Positions 37,870 through 50,783 of a stretch of DNA of 60,499 nt are shown in pieces. Each line of letters begins with the position of its first letter. The first letter of the stretch is position 1. This stretch comes from Mizuhopecten yessoensis. Its lineage: Eukaryota. The DNA is taken from the NCBI RefSeq assembly GCF_002113885.1, contig NW_018408743.1:943516-1004014 (forward strand), in the 5' to 3' direction. Made by a program: the position numbers and the translations under genes. The notes under the pieces are model-generated. The model was not told the DNA's origin, made no database searches, and was given only the letters and a program-made list of their open reading frames with translations.

Positions 37870-39950
37870 GGTAAATGTAGTGTCAACACTGGGACAAAGT
37901 ACAGTGTCCAGTCTGGAACATACCGTGTCAAGTCTACGATGCATAGTGTCCAGTCTTAGAGACCATTGTCCAGTCTAGGACATAATGTCCAATCTACAAC
38001 ACACAGTGTCCAGTCAAGGACATACAGTGTTCAGTCTAAGACATATTGTCAGTTTAGGACATAGCGTTGAGTCTATGACATACATTGTCCAGTCTATGGC
38101 ATATAATGTCTTGTCTATGACATATAGTGTTCAGTCTATGACATATAAAGTCCAGTCTATGACATACAGTGTCCAGTCTATGACATATAGAGTTCAGTCT
38201 ATGACATAAAGTGTTCAGTCTATGACATATAATGTCCAGTCTATGACATATAGTGTTTAGTCTATGACATATGGTGTTCAGTCTATGACATACAGTGTCC
38301 AGTCTATGACATATAGAGTTCAGTCTATGACATAAAGTGTTCAGTCTATGACATATAATGTCCAGTCTATGACATAAAGTGTTCAGTCTATGACATATAA
38401 TGTCCAGTCTATGACATACAATGTTCAGTCTATGACATATAGTGTTCAGTCTATGACATATAATGTCTTGTCTATGACATACAGTGTCCAGTCTATGACA
38501 TATAATGTCTTGTCTATGACATTTAGTGTTCAGTCTATGACATATAGTGTTTAGTCTATGACATATAGTGCTTAGTCTATGACATATAGTGTCCTGTCTA
38601 TGACATATATTGTTCAGTCTATGACATATAGTGCTTAGTCTATGACATAAAGTGCCTAGTATATGACATATAGTGTCCTGTCTATGCCATATATTGTTCA
38701 GTCTATGACATAAAGTGCCTAGTATATGACATATAGTTTCCAGTCTATGACATATAATGTCTTGTCTATGACATTTAGTGTTCAGTCTATGAAATATGGT
38801 GTTTAGTCTATGACATATGGTGTCCTGTCTATGACATATAGTGTTCAGTCTATGACATATGGTGTTTAGTCTATGACATATAGTGCTCAGTCTATGACAT
38901 ATAAAGTCCAGTCTATGACATATAGTGTCCAGTCTATGACACAGTGTTCAGTCTATGACATACAGTGTCCGGTCTATGACATACAGTGTCCAGTCTATGA
39001 CATACAGTGTCCAGTCTATGACATACAGTGTTCAGTCTATGACACAGTGTTCAGTCTATGAGTGTTCAGTCTATGACATACAGTGTCCCATCTATGACAT
39101 ATAGTGTCCAGTCTATGACATATAGTGTCCAGTCTATGACATACAGTGTTCAGTCTATGACAGTGTTCAGTCTATGACACACAGTGTTCAGTCTATGACA
39201 TACAATATCCAGTCTATGACATACAGTGTTCAGTCTATGACACAGTGTTCAGTCTATGAGTGTTCAGTCTATGACATATAGTGTCCAGTCTATGACATAT
39301 AGTGTCCTGTCTATGTCATACAGTGTCCAGTCTATGACATGTAGTGTCCTGTCTATGACATATAAAGTCCAGTCTATGACATATAGTGTTCAGTCTATGA
39401 CATACAGTGTCCTGTCTACGAAATACAGTGTCCAGTCTATGACATATATTGTTCAGTCTATGACATATGGTGTTCAGTCTATGACATATAACGTCTTGTC
39501 TATGACATACAGTGTTCAGTCTATGACATATAATGTCTTGTCTATGACATATAGTGTTCGGTCTATGACATATAATGTCCAGTCTATGACATATAGTATT
39601 TAGTCTATGACATATGGTGTTCAGTCTATGACATATAGTGTTTAGTCTATGACATATGGTGTTCAGTCTATGACATATAGTGTCCAGTTAAGGACATACA
39701 GTGTCCAGTCAAGGACATACAGTGTCCATTCTATGACTTTTAGTGCCCAGTCTAGGGAATACAGTGTCCAGTCTAGAACATAAATAGTCCAGACTCGGAC
39801 ATGTAGTGTCGAGGTTTGGACATATGGTGTCCAAACAAGAACATACTATGTCTGCAACAAAAGTGTGTAACAATGGACATACTATGTTTAAGTGATCAAT
39901 AAGAGTCATATATATATTATATATATCATGTGTCCATTTGATGACATACC
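37870..39950 (+). repeat. 21-bp minisatellite, ~90+ copies, with degenerate flanks
   Basis: Unit CAGTCTATGACATATAGTGT[T/C]; homogeneous core ~38070-39690. Both flanks carry an agtgtccagtcaaggacatacagtgt variant. Confidence 0.97.
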
Positions 39951-40936
39951 CTTATCAAATCTGTCCAAAGTGCCTCTTACCAAACATTTCTTCTATGCGT
40001 AACCATGCCAACTCCTCAGCATCAGCAGTGTAGGTGTAGTCAACAATGGCATCATGCCCTGGTGACACCAGACATTTGTATCAAACGATACATTTTCCTG
40101 TTTTCCTGTCGGTGTCAGTGACTCGTGGGGAAGTAGTGTTGATCAGGAGAGGTATCACGAGAGTGCACTGTACTGGTGGTACAGTGGTCGGGGATATAAA
40201 ACACTTGTTTCATTGATTTCACTGGGGGCTGTTTTATTAAACATACTTGTGTGCGGATCTCAATCTCGTTTTATTACTACACAGCGTATGGAACCATGCA
40301 ATCTGATCACGTCTAAAAAACAACAAAACGAAGCACTATACTCGTCAGACCGTCCAAACAAATTGAAGTTATCACATTCATTTCTCCCATTTATCCTATA
40401 CTGAGACGGACAGAAAGGTCAAAAGAACCCTAGCTAGACCAAAAAAATAACTCCGACCAATCAACAGTTCTATACTTGGGGTATGTCTATCTCTACATCT
40501 CCCCTTAGAGTTCGACCTCGGTCTCCAGGGGTGACCTCTACACAAGGCTAGCCAGACAGATCCACGGTACAAAACCCAGCACAAATTACCTTTAGAACTA
40601 ATTCATTCATGAGTTCATGATTAAGTCAATTGGATCTGTGAGTAACATGACTTTATTAATAATGTTACTGCCGTGTATTGTGTCGATGTAAACAATGGAT
40701 GTTTTGTTGACTCGGAAAAATTACCACTATATAAACACTTAATATATATTGCTTTCCAAACACCCATATCAATAATTCAACCAATACATGAAAATATATG
40801 GAAATTAATTCAATCATGATACAAGTAAAATGTTGGAAATCATTCATTGATAGCTATTCTCAGAATAAAGTGTAACACGCATCGTTGGTGAAAAACAAAT
40901 ATTAGCCAGGAAGCTATAGATCAACACATTAGTCAG

Positions 40937-41372
40937 TATAAAGGGGTGTCATTATAGAGAGGTTAACAAATGGTTGTTATAAAGGGGTGTCATAATAGAA
41001 AGGTTTACAAATGGTTGTTATAAAGGGGTGTCATAATAGAGATTTACAAATGCTTGTAATAAAGGTGTGTCATAATAGAGAGGTTTACAAATGGTTGTTA
41101 TAAAGGGGTGTCATAATAGAGATTTACAAATGGTTGTAATAAAGGGATGTCATAATAAAGTGGTTTACACATGGTTGTCATAAAGGGGTGTCATTGACTG
41201 AGAGGTTTACATATGGATGTTATAAAGGGTGTCAAAATAGAGAGGTGTACAAAGTTAGCTTAAAAAGAGGTGTCATTTTATAGGGTTTATATTACAGATG
41301 TAAACATATGCCGTTATCTATTTAGAGGTTTATATTATAAGTGGTTATTACCATAGTGGTGTCATTATACAG
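40937..41372 (+). repeat. 39-41 bp minisatellite, ~10 copies, decaying 3'
   Basis: Unit TATAAAGGGGTGTCATAATAGAGAGGTTTACAAATGGTTGT; starts at 40937, 40978, 41019, 41058, 41099... Confidence 0.93.
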
Positions 41373-41395
41373 AGGGACCGGATAATCATTTTTCG

Positions 41396-41488
41396 CCATC
41401 TCCACTAGGGACCAAACCCAGGACTTCTTGCCTTCTAGTCGGAGGCTCTACCCATTGAGCTACAGAGAAATTATCCCACCCTGAGCCG
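41396..41488 (-). mobile_element. tRNA-like SINE head/pseudo-tRNA fragment
   Basis: Minus strand has TAGCTCAATGGGTAGAGC (A-box/D-arm) and a decayed B-box gggtttggtccc. A related copy lies at 48131-48214. Confidence 0.6.
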
Positions 41489-41725
41489 GTAGGAACATAC
41501 TGCCCATCCAGAAAAGAATCTGTACCGCATATTTCCAGGGAGAAACAGCAATATTTGCGGAAGCAAGCTTAAGGCTGATTTTTTTTTTTCAAAATTTCCT
41601 GGGTCCCTTTGTGGGCTGGCCTGCTAATCTGATGCTCTGTCAATCTAGGTTAGGAAGATAAACCTTGTGTAGGTGATACCATTGTTAAAGTAGAATAGAA
41701 GATATAAATCCCCTGCCAATCATGA

Positions 41726-41800
41726 TATAATATAGCTGTATTAGGTATTATAATATAGCTGTGTTAGGTATGATAATATAGCTGTATTAGGTATTATAAT
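41726..41800 (+). repeat. 23-bp tandem repeat x3
   Basis: tataatatagctgtattaggtat units. Confidence 0.9.
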
Positions 41801-41820
41801 GATGAATGTTAGTCGTATTA

Positions 41821-41966
41821 TGACATCCTGTCTAATCCAACATCATGCTGTAATTTTTATTTCTAATGAAAACCATTAAAAATCAACCTGCATATTCCGA
41901 CAACCTGTAAAATCTGACCAACATACAGTGTCCCTCAGGGTGTCATATTAGACAGGTTTCACTGTA
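41821..41966. mobile_element. Tc1/mariner-like MITE, 3' part
   Basis: Ends ttagaCAGGTTTCACTG-TA. The interior (cctgtctaatccaacat, aatctgaccaa) resembles 23916-24060. Confidence 0.6.
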
Positions 41967-43294
41967 GAAGACTTGGCTCTAAATACTTTGACGAACAGAA
42001 CTTTTGAGTTCAATACATGAGACGTTGCCCATTGTTCCTAACAATATTGTAACCAACAAAACCACCATAGCGAGCTGTTTCCTCTGTTTGACCCCCTGCA
42101 TGGATCCATGAATGATTGAAGGTAAAAAGCTTCCTTTCAGCATTGGCTGTTATATACATCTACCAGCCATGTTTTTCAGGAAATGTGTCAATGAACATGG
42201 CCGTAAGATTGAATTTATGGCCAGTACTCTATCATCCTGGCTGTTGGGTTGCAGACCTGAAATCACAATGTCTGCAGTCAAGCCTCTAAATCACTGAGAC
42301 AGTCAATCTCAATCAGCCCGTAAGATGGAAAGTCTGATAAGGTAAAACATTCACACGCAATTCCAACAAAATTTAAAAAATTTATAACTGTTTGTTTCAC
42401 TTCAACAGTTTTCTATTTAGTTTAGTACTAGATCAATAAAGACAGCAATTAATGGTTGTAGAATGTGATGTTAAACTCGTTTAAACTACAGTGAGAAAGC
42501 CGCTGTGTTATTTTCTCTTGCTATATTTGAAATAACAATTGATTTTAAACATTTTTAACATTACTTTGACTAGGTGGGTGGGATGATGTGAAGTTATCTA
42601 ATTTTTATTTTCATTTAATGTTTCTGTTCCATCGGTCTTGTTTTCCATGTACATTTTCGTGCTATAAATTCAAGGTCTTGTCTTCAGAAACAAAGGCATT
42701 TATTATGAATGGAATGGGAGAGTTTGTTTATGAGTTATATGGGTTGTCAACATCAGCAGCCATTACCCTTTTACCGGGTATGTGTAATGTAATGTGCTAA
42801 TAAATCAGTGACCAGGATTTTATCGGAGATTCGTGAAGATTTTGTCATTTAGGAGGAGAAAGTTTATACATCAAGTAGACGCCACATGCAACAAGAAGAC
42901 TGAAAAATGGGGGTGTAAAAATAACATCCACCGCCTGTCACTTCCCTAATATCTATTTTGATGAATTAGCCGGAAAACCAAAGTTTCTAAGAAGATAAGA
43001 TAGAAAAGGATGAAATGTAGCTTTGTTTATTAAGGGGGAGAAACAAACAGGGGTGTGTTTTAAGTAATGAAGGCAGTAGGAATGGAAAATTTTGTGAATA
43101 AAGAGGAAACGCGAGAGGGGATATATGGGTGTGTGTTTGAGTAACAAGGTCTTTGGCAGGGCATATCTAGGTACATGTGTTTGAGTACTTAGTGTGGTTG
43201 GTTGGAAACTTAATGTCTTTTGAAAACAAGGGTGGGAAGGAGGGTACATTTCAGTATGTATTTTGAGTAGTGAGGGCAGTACCATCTCCTATAT

Positions 43295-44585
43295 GTACCA
43301 CTAAGGGGCACGGCAAACATTGGGTATACCTACCACTAGGGGGAACCACACACATTTACCACTAGGGGGCACCACACACATTTACCACTAGGGGGCACCA
43401 CACACATTTACTAGTATCACCACACACATTTACTAGCATCACCACACACATTTACTAGTATCACCACACACATTTACTAGTATCACCTCACACATTTACT
43501 AGTATCACCACACACATTTACTAGCATCACCACACACATTTACTAGCATCACTTACCAGTAGAGGGCACCACTCTCAGTACAAGTACTTTCTACCACAAG
43601 GGGCACCACACTCATTCACTAGTATCACTTACCACTAGACGTCACCACACTCATTACAAGTACTCTCTACCCCAAGGGGGCACCACACTCATTCACTAGT
43701 ATCACTTACCACTAGAGGTCACCACACTCATTACAAGTACTCTCTACCCAAAGGGGGCACCACACACATTTTACTAGCATCACTTACCACAAGGCACACC
43801 ACACACATCACAAGTACTATCTACCACAAGGGGGCACCACACACTTTTACTAATATCACTTACCACAAGGGCCCCACACATTATACTCTTTACCACAAGG
43901 GGGTACCACACACATCACAAGTACTCTCTACCACAAGGGGACACCACACACATTTACTAATATCACTTACCACAAGGCACACCACACACATCACAAGTAC
44001 TCTCTACCACAATGGGGCACCACACACTTTTACTAATATCACTTACCACAAGGGCCCCACACATTATACTCTTTACCACAAGGGAGGTACCACACACATC
44101 ACAAGTACTCTCTACCACAAGGGGACACCACACACATTTACTAATATCACTTACCACAAGGCACACCACACACATCACAAGTACTCTCTACCACAAGGGG
44201 GCACCACACACATTACAAGTACTCTCTAACACAAGTGGCACCACACACATTACAAGTACTCTCTAACACAAGGGGACACCACACACATTTACTAATATCA
44301 CTTACCACAAGGCACACCACACACATCACAAGTACTATCTACCACAAGGGGGCACCACACACTTTTACTAATATCACTTACCACAAGGGCCACACACATT
44401 ATACTCTTTACCACAAGGGGGTACCACACACATCACAAGTACTCTCTACCACAAGAGGACACCACACACATCACAAGTACTCTCTACCACAAGGGGACAC
44501 CACACACATTTACTAATATCACTTACCACAAGGCACACCACACACATCACAAGTACTATCTACCACAAGGGGGCACCACACACAT
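43295..44585 (+). repeat. Complex satellite (~38-bp unit, ~184-bp higher-order repeat) carrying CTCF-like motifs
   Basis: Unit TACTCTCTACCACAAGGGGGCACCACACACATCACAAG with variants. caaggcacacc recurs at ~43790, ~43972 and ~44157. A 21-bp CACCACACACATTTACTAGTAT sub-array lies at 43396-43552. Confidence 0.95.
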
Positions 44586-45840
44586 AAGTAATACATTGAA
44601 TGAAGTTAAGGGGAGATGGGAACAGGGAGTGGTTGAGGAAGGTGAGTGAGGTACAGATCAGAGATCAAGGGCCCCCCAGTGCAAGGCACACACAGGTGAG
44701 GGAGAACTCTGTGCCAGCTTAAGGTGTGACTGTTGGCAAGGCTGTGTAACACAGCAAATCTCACTGGAGAAGGCTGGGATGGTGGGGATCACCTTGTACA
44801 TAGGCTCTGTGGGGAGTAACACAGCCATGGATTACAGGGAACAAGATCTTACACATGTTTTTGTCAAATATTACAAATATTTCTCTGGATTCTCAATAAA
44901 CTAGCCCAATCATTATCACTGCTTTGGATATCAACCAGCAACTCAATACTAATTCTTTTTTTCTTTTTTTAGAGGAGGAGGGAGAGATGGGGGATGGTTT
45001 ACCTACATTATAGAATATGTATATAAGACGGTGATAAAGATGAAGTGCTTTATCAGAAGTTTATGTCTGGAGATACCGGAGGGTGTGATCATCAGGTGTC
45101 AGATCGAGGCTATTGTCTTACCTTGGAGCACACCTACAGCACACATTACCATTAACCCTACACTAAACCACAGCCTACCCTAGCTAATCACAGTAATATT
45201 CTCTCAAACAACAATACAGCTCGTTTTTTTACTCAAATTTCAATCTGAAAAATTCATACGAGATATTGCATATCACATTAAGATTTGATGACATTACCCA
45301 GTGTTGTTCTTACGCCATCTAATCAAAGTGTCATGCAATCATTGTGCCGTGAGAAATAAGAATTATAAAATTCATAGCTGAGGTAGGTAGAATTGATTAA
45401 GTACAATGCCTGTCAAGATTTCTAATCTAAGCAGCATTTTTTCCTTTTTTCAATTTTGAGCTTCACAGATTTTATCAACTTGTCTTTCATCAAGAATTCT
45501 TAAAAATCCAGCTATGTGATATAACCATTTTTAGTGCTGATACGTGTAGAGGAAAACCTCGGGGTTTTTCGCAATATATTGCAGAAAATGCACAAAGGAT
45601 CTTATATGACTTTCTATTTGATAGGAAATATTATAAATAAATTCATTTCAGTGAGCCACTGACATTTCATCAGTTTTATGTGAACTGGAAACTCACCTAA
45701 GATTTTAGTAATGGTTAGGGGGTTTAAATGACGAAACAGATTACTTTTATCTAGAACAGTGTGTAATTCTTCATTTCAGTTTCTGAAATTTGGAAAAATC
45801 AATTCCTGGAGGGCAAACTACCAATAACTATTTGCAATAA

Positions 45841-45907
45841 TCTCAGGGTCAGATTAGACAGGTTTCTTTTAAATATCAAGGGGTCAGATTAGACAAGTTT
45901 CACTGTA
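45841..45907. mobile_element. Duplicated MITE terminus fragment
   Basis: gggtcagattagaca(g/a)gtttc occurs twice, ending CACTG-TA. Confidence 0.5.
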
Positions 45908-48130
45908 TATTATCAATATCATAATCAAAACAATCTTCATTAAAATACATTCAACCGCAAAATCTTACAATTGGTAAAATGTATAAAAATGTATGTAAAG
46001 TCTGTTTTACTATTGTTGCCGAAAAGATTTACAAAATATTGAAAAATTCACAAATTTTTGATAATGTAAATAATTCATATATATATCTCAGTGTGTTATT
46101 TTTTTATGTTGGTCACCAGTATAGAGCAGTAAGAGCGCCGTTTGGAGGGATGTGATCATGGTTCCCACGGAGCTTCCGAATCCCAGGAACTCCACTTGTC
46201 TCCATTAATATTGGATAAGGTGATGCTACAAACTTGTGACAATTCCATTACTTATTGATACAGATCATTGGGGCTCTCAATTTAGATTTCTCTTTCAAAC
46301 CCGAGCAGAAAGAGGGCCACTGTTGGCCGTTCAATCCCTTTAACATCCCAACAAGTCTCACACACGAATATCCCTGAAAGTGATCCCACATAAATGATGA
46401 AAATGCAATTCTGTATCTTTTATTAAACAGAAGAATGCTAGAATGGCACAATCTTTTTTTTAAAATGAACACATTTTAAACCAGAGAATTAAACATTTTC
46501 TTTCCGCACTTTCTCCAAGATCGTGAGAGAATGGAACATGTTGAATTATAAATGGTGTCGGCCATTGATCGCTGGCTTCCACTACGCCTATCGATCGTAC
46601 CGTTTACCTTACCGGGAGACAAAGCTGCCAGGCCCGGTATATCTCGCAGGGTGCCTCTAATCAAATTTCACTTTATATAAAATGTGAAACAAATTTCATT
46701 GAGTGACTTTTTAACTGCCATATCGATAGGGTGCAAATTGCATAAGAGAATTATTGGTTTTTCCTTTTTTCTCTCCAACCAATTCCCTTGATAAGGAATG
46801 TTGGATATAGCTGTGCAAATGTAGTTTTTGAATGTGTTTGTTCCAAGTTTGTGAATCTCTGGGGATTCTGAAGAATTTTGTTAACTAAAAATTTGCAGTT
46901 AGCCTGTATAGATGTACATTTTATGTCTGTCGTTCCAGATAAACAAACAGCTTTTTGAAGGCAATTTAGTCGTTTTATCTTATCATGTCGCACAAAACCT
47001 GACAAATATTTGGTTATTTAGAAGTCTTGTCGATACAAATGATCCGGGTACTCTATTGAAAACTAGCGGGTTACATAGTACACGCATGGCCACGTCTTAG
47101 CCAGATCTTTGTTTCAATTGTATAATTGAACAATACCCTACCCGAAATCACATTTAATAATTTAGTCACAACTTAACTCAATTTGTGTCCAGTCAAGGGG
47201 AAAAGCATTTCTACATTAGTCGTTGATGGTAGCCAGAGTTATCGGGGGTCTGATGCCTACATTGTCTACTGCACTCCTGGTCACATGACCTCACCATGTG
47301 ACCTTGTCTGTCGGTTTTTAATTTGGTAGATATAGATCACATAAACTAAATCATGAAACAATAACAACAATTTAACATCGGGGTGAACCTTTTCTGTTTA
47401 AATTTAATTTCTTTTCATTTAATTTCTTTTCAATGCATATTCCGCGCTCAAACCTTCTTATCAAAGAAATACTCATTACTCGTAATATCTTCAAAAGATA
47501 AAAGGTCTGATAGGAAACCTTCAGGAACATTTTACATGTTTGAAATTCCATTAAATATAGGTAATATTCTTAGATTTTTTAAACACTCTTTTACAATCGT
47601 AGACGATGCCAAGGACGATTTAAGTGTAATTTCTAAATTACAGCCACTCAGCAAAACCGATACAGTGGTATCCTACTGTTTCCTCTCCTACCCATCAATA
47701 ACGTCTATACATCGTTGAGAATAACTCCAGTATCAAACTGTGGTAATTTGAACAGTAAAATGGCATTACATTTTACAATATTAATCAATATGTCCCATTA
47801 CTCAGTGTGGGATCAGATTGAATTCCCCCCTCCCTTCGTCCCCCTCCCTATGCCTCTCCTTTCTACCTGTATACCTACTCTTCCATCACTTTGCAAGTCT
47901 ACAAGAATGTGCACCTGATAATTTGTGTAAGTCATCTTTATGAGGAATCGCTCTGATTTATTTTTTTAGTATGTTAAAACATTAATTCCTTTAAGCTTTG
48001 TTTATACACTGATCTGATAATTTTGAATCTTCATCCATCTAGGTTTTTCATATTTTGGTTTTAAATGAACCAGAAATTAATTGTTGAAAATTTGATAACT
48101 GAGGGGTCACTTTCACAAGTGTTTTTTGTT

Positions 48131-48214
48131 AGGAGTCAAATCCAAACTTCAGATTATACTGGGCGGGTGCTCTACCAATTGAGCTAGCAGGAAATAATTA
48201 TCCTAAGTTGAGTC
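48131..48214 (-). mobile_element. tRNA-like SINE head fragment (same family as 41396-41488)
   Basis: Minus strand: gactcaacttaggataattatttcctgcTAGCTCAATTGGTAGAGCacccg...ggatttgactcct. Confidence 0.55.
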
Positions 48215-49199
48215 AGTCACAAGTGACTACATGTAGTTCATCACTGTGACATAATCCCTGCCCCCACCCCCCACCACCAACATCCCAACCGACCTCAATT
48301 CAAAGTCCTCCTCCTCCAGTCTTCTGGAAAATAATCATGCTTGTGAGAAGTTCTGGGAATGATTGTACACAGTTTGGCATGTCCCTATTGGGAGCAATTG
48401 TTACTAAAAACAATAAGCTAGCCTACACAGCACTTTTCTATACAAAGCTGTCATCAATGAATGGAATATTGTTCTGCCGGAAGTGAAAATGGATGCTACT
48501 CCTGGGATCTGTTCATGACAAAATGCAATCACTTTTATCAATCATAAATAAAATAACAGTCAATGTCATCAAAAACTAAAAAAAAAGTTTGTGTCAAAGA
48601 AAAGTTTTAGGTAGACGATGGCAGTGGTTGGGGAAAAAAAACTTCGGTGTTTGCAACATATGTGGGTATCAACTTGATATTCAATGGCCATACTGTTTAA
48701 TATTTTGCATTTTTTATTTTTTTAATATTCACACTTGTCATTTCAACAAAAGTCATTCATCATTTGGCATTTACAATCTATAGTTTTATATTTCAAGTTT
48801 TACAAGTGCCTAGCATGGTCGGTGTTTTTTTCTTCTTTTGAACTTGTAATGTCACATGTGGGGTGACATAAAACCAGGAAGCGTTGTCTACCGGTGAACT
48901 ACATGTGCTGTCTACCAGTCTCGACCAACACTCAATCAGCACGAACACATAATGCACATTTTGCAGGAGTTATAAAAATAAAACACAGTGACACAAAAGC
49001 ACTAACTATAGGGCAGAGTAAAATACCAAATTCTATGACAGTTAGAGTAAAATAACATAATTTATCTTATTAGCACCTTACTTTTAGAAACACTCTTAAC
49101 TTCATTTTTTTTTCTATAGGAAAGAATAAAATTATGAATTTTCCATAACTCCAATAATGTTTTTCTATAGAAAAACTTCTATTAAAAACTTAAGACCAG

Positions 49200-49271
49200 G
49201 TCATGTTTGACCACTGTCCAGTGTATCAGACATCCTAATTTGTCATGTTTGACCACTGTCCAGTGTATCAG
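49200..49271 (+). repeat. Perfect 30-bp direct duplication with 12-bp spacer
   Basis: gtcatgtttgaccactgtccagtgtatcag at 49200-49229 and 49242-49271. Confidence 0.95.
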
Positions 49272-50690
49272 CAGCATAATCAATATAATACCACCAACAT
49301 GAGAATTGCACTTTCCTCGAAAGGTCGTTCAGGCAAACACCTTTTGCGAATGATCAACACAATTGATGTTATAAAGGATATTGATTGAGTTATTGGCTGA
49401 TAATGAATGGCAAACAAACTTGTTGAAAATGGAATTTGTCTTTTAGATTTGACAAAAGACCAGCTATTTGGTTAAGAGAAGTACCCATTTGACAAATATT
49501 GCCGCCAACTGTCCTGGGAATGCCAGTCTAAGAGAGATCGGCTTTGTCTAGAAGTAGATCATTTTAATAGATTTTAATGAGCATGTTTGCTGGAATCCTA
49601 GTTTGTTCGCAACAAGCTCAGAGACGTATCAATGATATTCACGAAACCCACACCATGGTCTGGGCCATCAACCGCACATTATAAACCAACCCAGGAAAAC
49701 ACGACCCCAGACCCAGGTCCTTAAAGCCGTCAACCACACGAACCCGCGACGACGAGAAACAATCCATGGGTTGATTCTCATAACTTTATCAAATGGCTCA
49801 GAAGATAAAAGCGTTTAAATACGCCAATCAACTTTCATAACTATAACACAAACAATACTTCAATCCGCAGGTAAACGCCCATCCAACAGTGTCGCTCAGA
49901 GAAAGAAATGAAAACATTCAATTAAACTTTCACTAGTCAAGTAGTTCAGTGTCTAATAATCAGAAATAAATCTCTAGAATAGCATTTGTTTAGAATGATT
50001 TAATGCACTCTTCAAACCAGTGTTAGCCCCCATATGAAGAAGTGACTCATATTGTCAATGAAACGTGCCCAGATATTATAGCTTATCATGTAATATAGGA
50101 AAACTTCAGTATAATGCCTGTCATTTTATTTGCCACCTCATTTACCGCCAACATATTTCAAGAGTCCCTCTTCTCCTTTTTCTCTTAATAATTCTTTTAC
50201 ATGTTTCCTATGATAAACTGCCAAACTCCTGTATTATGCCAAAATTTGGTAAAAAAATAAAACGGTGGCAGTGTGATAAGATTTATTTCACTCTGGATTC
50301 AGAAACTACTTCCAGACTGTATATAAGTATGATACACATTGTATGGATACTGGTAGATACATTTCAACACAAACTAGGGATGATATCGGAAAAAAAACCA
50401 CCATTACTTGCAAGGTCACCAAAAAACTGAGATGTAATGATGAAAAGGCCAGGATTTTATAGCCAATTCTTCAATTAGCAACATTACTTGCTAACAAGAC
50501 TGATTCTAAATTCCGTTGTTAACAGCTAATTGTTAGCCATACCTTTCCTATATAAAACACCACCCAAACCTGCACAACCTGGCACATTTGTTGCAGGCAT
50601 GTTCAACCTATCATTAAGATATGCAATTTATTTAATAACCCATCATTTGCGATAAATAAATGATTAAATTGGCCGTTAATGTTGATATTA

Positions 50691-50783
50691 TGAGTCAATA
50701 GATTTGATTGGCTGTTGGAGCTGAGTCAATAGATTTGATTGGCTGTTGGAGCTGAGTCAATATATTTGATTGGCTGTTGGGGC
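50691..50783 (+). repeat. 31-bp tandem repeat x3 (AP-1 + CCAAT motifs)
   Basis: TGAGTCAATAGATTTGATTGGCTGTTGGAGC at 50691, 50722 and 50753. Confidence 0.93.

Noticed and set aside
37985-39603. (SMTYSVQ)n ORFs
   Set aside because: 21-bp repeat read-through broken by frequent in-frame TAA/TAG variants, so there is no sign of coding constraint.
43963-44516. His/Thr-rich ORFs
   Set aside because: Arise from the satellite on both strands.
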